DNA from: Desulfovibrionaceae bacterium
GTDB taxonomy: Bacteria; Desulfobacterota; Desulfovibrionia; Desulfovibrionales; Desulfovibrionaceae
Assembly (NCBI GenBank): GCA_031547425.1
Contig: JAVBRZ010000011.1
Location: 1 to 47,096 of the forward strand
Length of the DNA: 47,096 nt
Direction: 5' to 3'
Part shown: in pieces, positions 17,525 through 25,651 of the stretch
Position numbering within the stretch: position 1 is the first letter of the stretch
Layout of the letters: the number at the start of each line of letters is the position of its first letter
Translations under genes and position numbers: made by a program
Notes under the pieces: model-generated
Database searches by the model: none
What the model was told of the DNA's origin: nothing
What the model saw: the letters and a program-made list of their open reading frames with translations, nothing else

Positions 17525-18418
17525 TTAACACACACAGCTGCGACGCGCCCGGATAATGCGCGGCAGGCCGGCCAAATCGGCATGCGCCTCCACTTCGGCC
17601 CAAAAACGCGGCGCGCGGGCGAACAAGGCAACGCCGCTTTGCCCCTGGTCGCTGCCGATCTCCAAAAACAGCGTCCCGCCAGGAGCAAGGCAATAGCGGG
17701 CCAGCTCTTCCAGGGCGGCCAGGTGATAAAGCCCGCCATCAGGGGAAAACAGCGCGCCTCGCGGCTCATACCCGGCCACTTCGCGGCTCAAGCCCGCGTG
17801 GTCCTCAGGGCTGATATACGGCGGATTGCTGACCAGCAGGCTCAAACTGTGTTTTTTAAACACAGGCTGTGTCAGGTCCGCAAGCAAGAACGCGCAGCGC
17901 CCGGCCACCGCGAGACGGACGGCGTTTTCCCCGGCCACGGCCAATGCCGCGGCGGAAATGTCCATGCCCAGGCCCCGCCGCCCTGGCATTTCACACAGAA
18001 GGGTGAGCAGAATACAGCCGGATCCCACGCCAAGGTCAACCACCAGGCCCGGCGCATCCGGGTCCTGCCCGTCCAGAGCCAGCTCCACCACAAGTTCCGT
18101 TTCGGGCCTGGGGATCAAGGTATGCGCATTGACCAGAAAGTCCCGCCCATAAAATTCCTTGCAACCCAGAAGATAGGCCACGGGTTCACCTTGGGCGCGG
18201 CGCAGCAGCAGCGTTTCCGCCGTCCGTCTTTCCGGGTCGGCCAACATTTTTTCAGGGTAAGCAAGCAGATGTTCCCGCCGCACGCCCAAAACATGCGCCA
18301 GGATCAACTCCGCGGACAAGCGCGGCGAATCAACGCCGGCCGCCGCCAACCGGTCCGTGGCCTGCCTGACAAATCCGCCGATATTTGGGAAAGATAAAGA
18401 ACAAGGATGCATGCCCAT
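17525..18418 (-). CDS. prmC: Release-factor glutamine N5-methyltransferase PrmC (HemK)
   Basis: SPRLSAELILAHVLG, the DLGVGSGCI SAM motif and LVSNPPYI (NPPY) are present, and the gene lies downstream of prfA. The start is uncertain: ATG 18418 or 18412, or the listed 18457. Confidence 0.88.
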   Translation of the reverse strand: MGMHPCSLSFPNIGGFVRQATDRLAAAGVDSPRLSAELILAHVLGVRREHLLAYPEKMLADPERRTAETLLLRRAQGEPVAYLLGCKEFYGRDFLVNAHTLIPRPETELVVELALDGQDPDAPGLVVDLGVGSGCILLTLLCEMPGRRGLGMDISAAALAVAGENAVRLAVAGRCAFLLADLTQPVFKKHSLSLLVSNPPYISPEDHAGLSREVAGYEPRGALFSPDGGLYHLAALEELARYCLAPGGTLFLEIGSDQGQSGVALFARAPRFWAEVEAHADLAGLPRIIRARRSCVC

Positions 18419-18616
18419 ATAATCGTCCAGCCCCACCTTTCTTCCGGCCCAAACCAATCAGGGGGTAAAAAAGGGGCGGAACTCAAGGGGGAAAATGGCG
18501 AAGGAATTATTTCGCCATTGTTATATGCCACCCTTCGGCCCGCCGCGCTGCTCGCTTCCGTGCGCCGCTTCGTTGTGCACTGCACGTCGCCAGAGCATTG
18601 CAAGTGTTAACAGGCC

Positions 18617-19687
18617 CTAGCCATCAGCCTGGTGCTTCAGGGCGTCGGTCTGGGCTTGGGCGGCCAGGGCGTCCACCAACTCATGGATTTCGCCGGCCAT
18701 GACCGCTTCCAGCTTATACAGCGTCAGGTTGATGCGGTGGTCGGTGACCCGGCTTTGCGGGAAATTATAGGTGCGGATGCGTTCGGAGCGGTCGCCGGAG
18801 CCCACCTGGGAACGCCGGTTTTCTGCCATGGCCGCGTGCTGCTTGTCCTGTTCGGCCTGGAGCAGGCGGGAGCGCAGGACTTTAAGGGCCTTGGCCTTGT
18901 TTTTGTGCTGTGATTTTTCATCCTGGCAGGAAACCACTATGCCCGTGGGAAGGTGAGTGACGCGGATGGCCGAGTCCGTAGTGTTCACGCTCTGCCCCCC
19001 CGGCCCGGAGGAACGGAACACGTCCACGCGGATTTCTTCGGGTTTGATTTCGATGTCCACTTCCTCGGCTTCAGGCAGAATGGCCACGGTCACGGCCGAG
19101 GTGTGGATGCGGCCCTGGGAGTCTGTGGCGGGCACGCGCTGCACGCGGTGGGTGCCGGATTCAAATTTCATGTGGCTGTAAACCCGGCTTCCGGAAATCA
19201 GGGCAATGACTTCTTTGTAGCCGCCCACGCCGCTCTCGCTCTCGCTCATCAGCTCCACGCGCCAACCCATCATTTCCGCGTAACGCGAGTACATGCGGAA
19301 CAAATCGCCCGCAAATAGCGCGGCCTCGTCGCCGCCGGTGCCGGCCCGGATTTCCAGAATGATGTTTTTCTCATCCAGGGGGTCGCGGGGCAGCAGCAAA
19401 ATTTTGAGCTTTCCTTCCAGCTCCGGCAGGCTCGCCTGCAAAAGCGCGTTTTCCTCCTGCACCATGAGCCGCATTTCCGGGTCCGGGTCCTGGGCCAGCT
19501 CCTGGTTGGCGGCCAAGGCCGCTTCCGCGTCCTTATACGCCCTAAACACGTCCACAACTTCTTTCAGGTCCGCGTGGGCCTTGGTCAATTTGCGGTAACG
19601 CTCCTGGTCTTCCAAGATCTCGGGCAGAGAAATCTGCTGTTCCAGTTCTTCAAATTTGCGTTCCAGATTTTCCAATTTGGCAAACAT
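18617..19687 (-). CDS. prfA: Peptide chain release factor 1
   Basis: [16 protein letters not shown].., the PAT-type region and [18 protein letters not shown] (GGQ motif) are present. The start is set at ATG 19687. Confidence 0.96.
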   Translation of the reverse strand: MFAKLENLERKFEELEQQISLPEILEDQERYRKLTKAHADLKEVVDVFRAYKDAEAALAANQELAQDPDPEMRLMVQEENALLQASLPELEGKLKILLLPRDPLDEKNIILEIRAGTGGDEAALFAGDLFRMYSRYAEMMGWRVELMSESESGVGGYKEVIALISGSRVYSHMKFESGTHRVQRVPATDSQGRIHTSAVTVAILPEAEEVDIEIKPEEIRVDVFRSSGPGGQSVNTTDSAIRVTHLPTGIVVSCQDEKSQHKNKAKALKVLRSRLLQAEQDKQHAAMAENRRSQVGSGDRSERIRTYNFPQSRVTDHRINLTLYKLEAVMAGEIHELVDALAAQAQTDALKHQADG

Positions 19688-19791
19688 AAATCCATTGCTC
19701 CAAAATAATAGGGATAACGGCAAGCCGCAAAGGCAAACTCGCGGTTTGCCTCATGCCTCGTCAGACGGCATTACGCCGGGAAGTGGGGCAG

Positions 19792-20856
19792 CTAGGATAC
19801 GCCGACGGTATAGGCCGGGGTGGAGATTTCATAGGGCGCGTCAGCGCCGAGGGCTTCTTTAAGAGCCACCAGGGCCACTTCAAGCTGCCCTTTGTCGGGC
19901 TCGCGCGTGGTCATGAGCTGCAAAAGCAGGCCCGGCGCGCGGGCCGCACGGCCCAAAAGCGAATCGCCCATGCGCGCGCTGGCGCGAATGGCTTCATAAG
20001 CCATGGCGCTGATGGGAATCATCAGCAGCAGCTTGAAAATAATCAGCACGGCATGCTTGAATATGGGATTCGCAGGGCTCCATACCCATAAAAACATGGG
20101 CACCAGCACGGCGTGCAAAATAATGGCAATGCCCAGGACATAAAGCAGAAAAGTGGTGCCGCACCGCGGGTGCAGCCGGCTCATGCCCGCGGCCTCAAAA
20201 GTGTTGAGCTCCACTTTTTGCTCGTAGGCCCAGATAACTTTATGCTCGGCGCCGTGGTACTGAAACACGCGCCTGATATCCGGCAACAGAGCGATGGCCG
20301 CGATATAGGCGATAAACACCAGAAATTTGAACAAACCGTCCCAGGCGTGAAAAGAAACGCTCTCCGCGCCACCGGCAATGCTCAGCCAGTTCATGACCAG
20401 GGAAAGCAGATGGGGCACAACCACAAACAGCCCCAGCGCGAACCCCACGGCCACAACCAGGGTGATGGTCAGATGCCAGCCTTTGATTTCTGTGCCGGCC
20501 TCAGCCTCGCCGGTGGCCACGGCTGAAAAATTGAGGGCCTTGATGCCGTTGATCAGGGTCTCCACCAGGATGGGGAAGCCGCGCACAAAGGGGCGCCTGG
20601 CAAAAACGCTGGTAGTGCAGGAATACCAGGGCCGCCGTTCCACAATAATCGTGCCGTCGGGCTTGCGCACGGCAATGGCCAGCGTGCTCTTGCTGCGCAT
20701 CATAATGCCTTCGAGCACGGCCTGGCCGCCCAGGGTGGCGGCGATTTCACAGGATTTCACCCGCCCGGAAGCCGCAAGGCCAGATTCAACGTCAGGCGAA
20801 ATGCCGCCTTCAGCCATAACCTGGCTGCTCAGGGTCGTGGTTTCCGGTTTGGGCAT
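19792..20856 (-). CDS. DUF1385 (YqhQ-like) membrane protein
   Basis: GGQAVLEGIMMRS..., YHGAEHKVI and several TM helices are present. The rpmE-DUF1385-prfA-prmC arrangement is a known conserved neighbourhood. Confidence 0.85.
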   Translation of the reverse strand: MPKPETTTLSSQVMAEGGISPDVESGLAASGRVKSCEIAATLGGQAVLEGIMMRSKSTLAIAVRKPDGTIIVERRPWYSCTTSVFARRPFVRGFPILVETLINGIKALNFSAVATGEAEAGTEIKGWHLTITLVVAVGFALGLFVVVPHLLSLVMNWLSIAGGAESVSFHAWDGLFKFLVFIAYIAAIALLPDIRRVFQYHGAEHKVIWAYEQKVELNTFEAAGMSRLHPRCGTTFLLYVLGIAIILHAVLVPMFLWVWSPANPIFKHAVLIIFKLLLMIPISAMAYEAIRASARMGDSLLGRAARAPGLLLQLMTTREPDKGQLEVALVALKEALGADAPYEISTPAYTVGVS

Positions 20857-20915
20857 AAGAAAAGTTCCGCCGGACCACAGCGGACGCTTCCGAGATGGTC
20901 CGGCGGGGAAAAATA

Positions 20916-21137
20916 CTAGGCTTTCTTGTCTTCAGAGTACTTGGCGTACTTCTTCATAAAGCGGTCAATGCGGCCGGCCGTGTCCACAAAGCGCTGCTTG
21001 CCCGTGTAAAACGGATGGCAGTTGGAACAAATTTCCACGTGCACCTGCTCGCCGCGGGTGGACATGGCTTGAATTTCGTTGCCGCAGGCGCAAGAAATCT
21101 TGGCCTGGTATCTTTTGGGGTGAATATCCTTTTTCAT
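20916..21137 (-). CDS. rpmE: 50S ribosomal protein L31
   Basis: [21 protein letters not shown]....[26 protein letters not shown], with a CxxC...CxxC-type zinc form. The start is set at ATG 21137. Confidence 0.95.
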   Translation of the reverse strand: MKKDIHPKRYQAKISCACGNEIQAMSTRGEQVHVEICSNCHPFYTGKQRFVDTAGRIDRFMKKYAKYSEDKKA

Positions 21138-21217
21138 AAAACCTCCATGCATATGCGGAACTTGTGCTCTTAGCCTGCTTTTATAAATTTGGCAAGGGGA
21201 TTTTGCCTGGAGATCCC

Positions 21218-21266
21218 GGAGGCGGGAAACCTTAAGGGGGTAATCTCCTTAAGGTTCCCCGCCTCC
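21218..21266. repeat. 20-bp-stem hairpin in the rpmE/tlyA divergent spacer
   Basis: ggaggcgggaaaccttaagg-gggtaatct-ccttaaggttccccgcctcc, with one A.C mismatch in 20 bp. Confidence 0.8.
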
Positions 21267-21434
21267 AGACCTCCTCCCCCTCCTAAACCATGATCGGGGT
21301 TGGATGAAAGGCACATTTCAGAAGCAGGCGCATATGTCTCCAAACTATTTTAAAAAATAATCACCTATCAATAAAATGCAACGACATTCTGCCGCCCATT
21401 GCGGGCGGCGTGGGATTGGCTTATAGTTTCGGCC

Positions 21435-22187
21435 ATGAAAGCAGGCAAAGTGCGGGCCGATCAATTGCTCGTGGACAACAATCTCGCGGAAAGCCGGGAG
21501 CGGGCCAAGCGCCTGATCATGGCCGGCCAGGTTTTTGAGGACCGGCCCGGCGCGCGGACGCCGGTGAGCAAGCCCGGCCAATTGTTGCCCGCTGACTGCG
21601 AATTGTTCGTTAAAGAGAGCGAACGGTTCGTCAGCCGAGGCGCTTATAAACTGCTCACCGCCCTTGAGCGTTTCAATTTGAATGTCCGCAACCTCGTGGC
21701 TCTGGATGCTGGCGCCTCCACAGGAGGCTTTACCGACTGCCTGCTCCAGCACGGTGCGGCCCGTGTTTACGCGGTGGATGTCGGCTATGGGCAGTTGCAC
21801 CAGCGCCTGCGCGGCGACCCCCGGGTCATCAGCCTGGAGCGCGTCAATCTGCGCCTGGCCGAACCGGAGCTCATCCCCGAGCCCGTGGACCTGGTGGTCA
21901 TCGACGTGTCTTTTATTTCCCTGAAGCTGATTCTGCCTCCCTGCCTGGGGTGGCTGAAAACAGGCGGCGCCATAATCGCTCTGATCAAACCCCAGTTTGA
22001 ACTGGGCCCGGCCGGCACGGACCGGGGCGTGGTCCGCGATGAGGCCGACCAACTGCGGGCTGTGGACGAGGTGCTGGCTTTTGCCCGAGACGAGTTGAGC
22101 CTTGAGATTCAAGGCGTGGTCCCGGCCCAAATCAAAGGGCCCAAAGGCAACCAGGAATATTTGGCTTATTTTACAAAGCGGACTTGA
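21435..22187 (+). CDS. tlyA: TlyA-family rRNA (cytidine-2'-O)-methyltransferase
   Basis: An S4-like N-terminus (RADQLLVDNNLAESRERAKRLIMAGQV) is followed by FVSRGAYKL and DAGASTGGFTDCLLQHGA.VYAVDVGYGQL. The start is set at ATG 21435. Confidence 0.88.
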   Translation: MKAGKVRADQLLVDNNLAESRERAKRLIMAGQVFEDRPGARTPVSKPGQLLPADCELFVKESERFVSRGAYKLLTALERFNLNVRNLVALDAGASTGGFTDCLLQHGAARVYAVDVGYGQLHQRLRGDPRVISLERVNLRLAEPELIPEPVDLVVIDVSFISLKLILPPCLGWLKTGGAIIALIKPQFELGPAGTDRGVVRDEADQLRAVDEVLAFARDELSLEIQGVVPAQIKGPKGNQEYLAYFTKRT

Positions 22188-23028
22188 GCAAATTTACAGC
22201 ATCAATTAAATCCGGCGCAACCTTGCCGCTCCACAACTCAAACTGGGCCAAGCCCTGCGCGGCCAGCATGGTCAGGCCGCCCTGAATGCTCCAGCCGCAA
22301 GCCGCGGCGGCCCGCAAAAACGGAGTATGTAAGGGGTTGTACACCAGGTCGTAAGCCAGGCGGTCACCCGGCGCAAAACCTTTGCCCAGGGCGACGAAAT
22401 CTTCAGGCGACAAAGGCGTCTCACCCTCGCCGGCAAAGCCGGCCATGCCCAGGGGCGTGGTGTTGACCGCCGCTTGCGCGGGCCGCGCCGCTCTTTGTTC
22501 CCAAGACGCGAATTCAACGCCGAAACGCACGGCCAGTTCCTTGCCGGACTTCGCGTTGCGCGCGGCCAGGCGGATATTTTTGACGCCAGCTCTTTTTAAG
22601 GCATAAAGCACGGCATGGGCCGCGCCACCCGCGCCCAGGACCAGAGCGGATTGCGGCAAGCCGCGCCCACCCAGTCCGGCCAGAAAGCCGGCCACATCCG
22701 TGTTATGTCCCCACAGCGCCCCGCCCCGCCAGAACAGGGTATTGGCCGCGCCCACAGCCCGCGCCTCGTCGCTCAGGCCGTCCAGCAGCGGCAGCACCGC
22801 TGTCTTATGGGGAATGGTCACGCATAGTCCATGCACGGGCAACTCGCGCACCGCGCCGATAAAATCCGGCAAGCGTTCAGGCGTCACGGGCCAGGCGTAA
22901 AACGCGCCCGCGTGCCCACCCCGCCCCATGGCCCAGGTGTGCAGCAGCGGGCTTAAACTGTGTCCCAAGGGATAGCCGATGATGCCGTAAAGATGTTGCG
23001 GAGGGTAAATGTTGTCCTGGGCGCTCAC
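22171..23028 (-). CDS. aroE: Shikimate dehydrogenase
   Basis: YGIIGYPLGHSLSPLLHT, NTD..GF and LGAGGAA motifs are present. GTG 23028, preceded by GGGGGGAGCGGATT, is preferred over the listed TTG 23064. Confidence 0.88.
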   Translation of the reverse strand: MSAQDNIYPPQHLYGIIGYPLGHSLSPLLHTWAMGRGGHAGAFYAWPVTPERLPDFIGAVRELPVHGLCVTIPHKTAVLPLLDGLSDEARAVGAANTLFWRGGALWGHNTDVAGFLAGLGGRGLPQSALVLGAGGAAHAVLYALKRAGVKNIRLAARNAKSGKELAVRFGVEFASWEQRAARPAQAAVNTTPLGMAGFAGEGETPLSPEDFVALGKGFAPGDRLAYDLVYNPLHTPFLRAAAACGWSIQGGLTMLAAQGLAQFELWSGKVAPDLIDAVNLLKSAL

Positions 23029-23081
23029 AATCCGCTCCCCCCAATTAGAAAGGTTTGGAGACAAGGGGGAAGGGGGTCCGG

Positions 23082-23134
23082 GGGGGGAGGGGGAAAAGGA
23101 CCTTTCCTCAAAAAGTCCTTTTCCCCCTCCCCCC
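23082..23134. repeat. Perfect 20-bp G/C-run hairpin between hisG and aroE
   Basis: ggggggagggggaaaaggac-ctttcctcaaaaa-gtccttttccccctcccccc. It is preceded by further G-runs from 23065. Confidence 0.85.
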
Positions 23135-23276
23135 GGCGCCCTTGGCCCTTAGCGTATACCTCTGGGGTCCGCCGTCCTGGCGGACATTCGAGGCTCGCTC
23201 GCCCGAGAAACGCGGTTTTCGGGCGGCTCCGCCGCGCGGCGGCCTCCATCCTGGAGGGCCACATCACAATAGCATT

Positions 23277-24161
23277 TTAAATAACCTTGTTCAGCGAATA
23301 CTCAATTATCCCCTCCGCTCCTTTGTCCTTAAGCGTGGGGATTAGGTCGCGCACGGTGTGTATTTCCGCCAGGATTTCCAAAGCCACCCATTCCGGGTTT
23401 TGCAAATGGGCCACCGTGGGGGAGGTGAAGCTGGGCAGGATTTCCAGAATGGCATCCAGCCTGGCTGAAGGCACGTTCATTTTCAGGCCCACCAGGGATT
23501 CGGCCCGCAGCGCGCCTTGCAGCAGAAGATCAATCTGCTGGATTTTTTTGCGCTTCCAGGGATCGGCCCAGGCGGCCCGGCTGGCGATAAGCTGGGTGTT
23601 GGTTTCCAGCACTTCGGCGATGATGCGCAGGCCGTGCGCCTTGATGGTGGAACCGGTCTCCGTGACTTCCACAATGGCGTCCACCAAGCCTTCCACCACT
23701 TTGGCCTCTGTGGCGCCCCAGGAATACTCCACTTTGACGTTAATGCCTTTGGACGTAAAAAAATCCTGGGTCACGCCCATGATTTCCGTGGCAATGCGCT
23801 TGCCGTCCAGGTCCTCCGCCTTCTGATAGGGCGAATCCCCGGCCACGGCCAGCACCCAGCGGGCCGGGCGGGAAGAGACTTTGGAGTAAACGAGGTTGGA
23901 GACCACTTCCACGTCGGCCTTGTTTTCCAGAATCCAGTCCTTGCCGGACAGGCCCACGTCCAGGACGCCGTCGGATACGTAGCGGGGGATTTCCTGAGCC
24001 CTGGCCAGGCTCACGGCGATGTCCGGGTCATTGATTTCCGGAAAATAATTGCGGCTGTTGGAGCGGATCTTCCAGCCGGAGCGGGCGAAAAGATTGATGG
24101 TGGCTTCTTCCAAAGAGCCTTTGGGGATGCCCAGTTTCAGCTTGCGGGGGGTCGCGTTCAT
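23277..24161 (-). CDS. hisG: ATP phosphoribosyltransferase (long form)
   Basis: [18 protein letters not shown] and DVGLSG.D are present, along with a C-terminal regulatory domain. The ATG overlaps the hisI stop (ATGA), with an AAGGAGG RBS. Confidence 0.93.
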   Translation of the reverse strand: MNATPRKLKLGIPKGSLEEATINLFARSGWKIRSNSRNYFPEINDPDIAVSLARAQEIPRYVSDGVLDVGLSGKDWILENKADVEVVSNLVYSKVSSRPARWVLAVAGDSPYQKAEDLDGKRIATEIMGVTQDFFTSKGINVKVEYSWGATEAKVVEGLVDAIVEVTETGSTIKAHGLRIIAEVLETNTQLIASRAAWADPWKRKKIQQIDLLLQGALRAESLVGLKMNVPSARLDAILEILPSFTSPTVAHLQNPEWVALEILAEIHTVRDLIPTLKDKGAEGIIEYSLNKVI

Positions 24162-24535
24162 TTTTTATAGACCTCCTTGGGGTCAAAACGCCGTTCGGAA
24201 CAGATGCTCACTTCGCCGCCGACGCCCAGTTCGCGGAAAAAACAAGATGCGTAGCCTTCATGGCAAGCCGCGCCGCCGCGCTGTTCCACGCGCAAGAGCA
24301 CAGTATCCAGGTCGCAGTCCAGGCGGATATGCTTAACCGCCTGGGTGTTGCCGGAAGTGGCGCCCTTGTGCCACAACTCGTTGCGGCTGCGGCTGTAGTA
24401 GTGGGCTTCCCCGGTCTTCAGGGTGGCGTTCCAGGCTTCCTCATTCATGTAGGCCAGCATGAGCACTTCCCCGCTGGCGTCGTCCTGGGCGATGGCGGGC
24501 ACCAGCCCTCCGCCCTTGGCAAAATCAGGCTTCAT
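24158..24535 (-). CDS. hisI: Phosphoribosyl-AMP cyclohydrolase
   Basis: [23 protein letters not shown]...T...[30 protein letters not shown]....GAACH. The start is set at ATG 24535. Confidence 0.92.
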   Translation of the reverse strand: MKPDFAKGGGLVPAIAQDDASGEVLMLAYMNEEAWNATLKTGEAHYYSRSRNELWHKGATSGNTQAVKHIRLDCDLDTVLLRVEQRGGAACHEGYASCFFRELGVGGEVSICSERRFDPKEVYKK

Positions 24536-24643
24536 GGTCACGGTTGGTTCCTTTGTAAAATTTTGCGCTTGTTTATGCCGTGAAACAAGCTTTTGTCTTG
24601 AACATGTTTCCGGTGAAAACGTCAAGTCAGAGACGCGCCTTTT

Positions 24644-25651
24644 TCAGGAAAAATGATCAAATCCGGCCATGCCCCAAGCTTGCCCGTTAACCACAATCTC
24701 CGGCCCGGCGGTGATCACGCCCAGGGACAGCGCCAAAACGCCCCTTCCCAGCAGGCTGCGCCAGACCGCCTCAGAACAGGCTCCTAAGAGCAGATAATCC
24801 TCGCCGCCCAAAAAGGCCTCACGCACCGGATCAAGGCCTTGCGCCTCGGCAAAAGCCAGAACTTCGGCATGCAGATCGGCGGGGTTGATCTCTATGTCCG
24901 CGCCCAAAGCAAGGCCCTGCTCATGCCCGAGAAGACGGGGCAAATCGCGGGCCAGGCCGTCGGACACGTCCATAAGCGCGGAAACTCCGGTCCGGGCCAT
25001 AATCTGCCCCAATTCCAGCAGGGGGCGCGGCCGCAAATGGGCGGCCTGCGCCGCGGGGTATGCCGAATCGCCCTTGGCCCCGCCCGGCGTGCCTTTTAAA
25101 GATTCCAGATCCATGAGCCCCACCCGGGCAAGGCCAAGGCCCTGCCCTTCCGCCAGCCCCAGGAACAATCTGTCGCCCGCCTGGCCGCCGCCGCGCCGCA
25201 AGAAGCCGCTGCCGGCCACAGGCGCGCCCCAGGCCGTGATGCACACGCCCAGCTTGTCCGCCCGGCTAAGATCCCCGCCCGTGAGCGGCGCGTCATATTG
25301 CCCGGCCAGCGCGGCCATGCCTTGCAACAGGGCGTCCACATAATCCAGATCAATGTCCTTGGGCAGCATGAGGTTCATGTTCCAGCCCACAGGCCGGGCG
25401 CCAGCCGCGGCCAGGTCGGAAAAATTCACGGCCAGGGCTTTCCAGCCGATATCCGCTGCGGAAAAATAACTGGTGCGAAAATGCACGTCTTCCAGGAACA
25501 AATCCGAGGTCAGGCACAAACGGCGCGGGCAGATCAGCTCCGCGCAATCATCGCCCCGGCCCAGGGCCATGTGCGGGTGCTCATTGCCAAAATGCGCGTC
25601 CACCAGACGCAAAAATTCCGCCTCGGAAGCAAGGCGGCGCTTAGCGGCCAT
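24644..25651 (-). CDS. thiL: Thiamine-monophosphate kinase
   Basis: The product has AIR-synthase-like architecture: SEAEFLRLV...GRGDDCAEL...TSDLFLEDVHF and GGDLS. The size is 335 aa. Confidence 0.9.
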   Translation of the reverse strand: MAAKRRLASEAEFLRLVDAHFGNEHPHMALGRGDDCAELICPRRLCLTSDLFLEDVHFRTSYFSAADIGWKALAVNFSDLAAAGARPVGWNMNLMLPKDIDLDYVDALLQGMAALAGQYDAPLTGGDLSRADKLGVCITAWGAPVAGSGFLRRGGGQAGDRLFLGLAEGQGLGLARVGLMDLESLKGTPGGAKGDSAYPAAQAAHLRPRPLLELGQIMARTGVSALMDVSDGLARDLPRLLGHEQGLALGADIEINPADLHAEVLAFAEAQGLDPVREAFLGGEDYLLLGACSEAVWRSLLGRGVLALSLGVITAGPEIVVNGQAWGMAGFDHFS

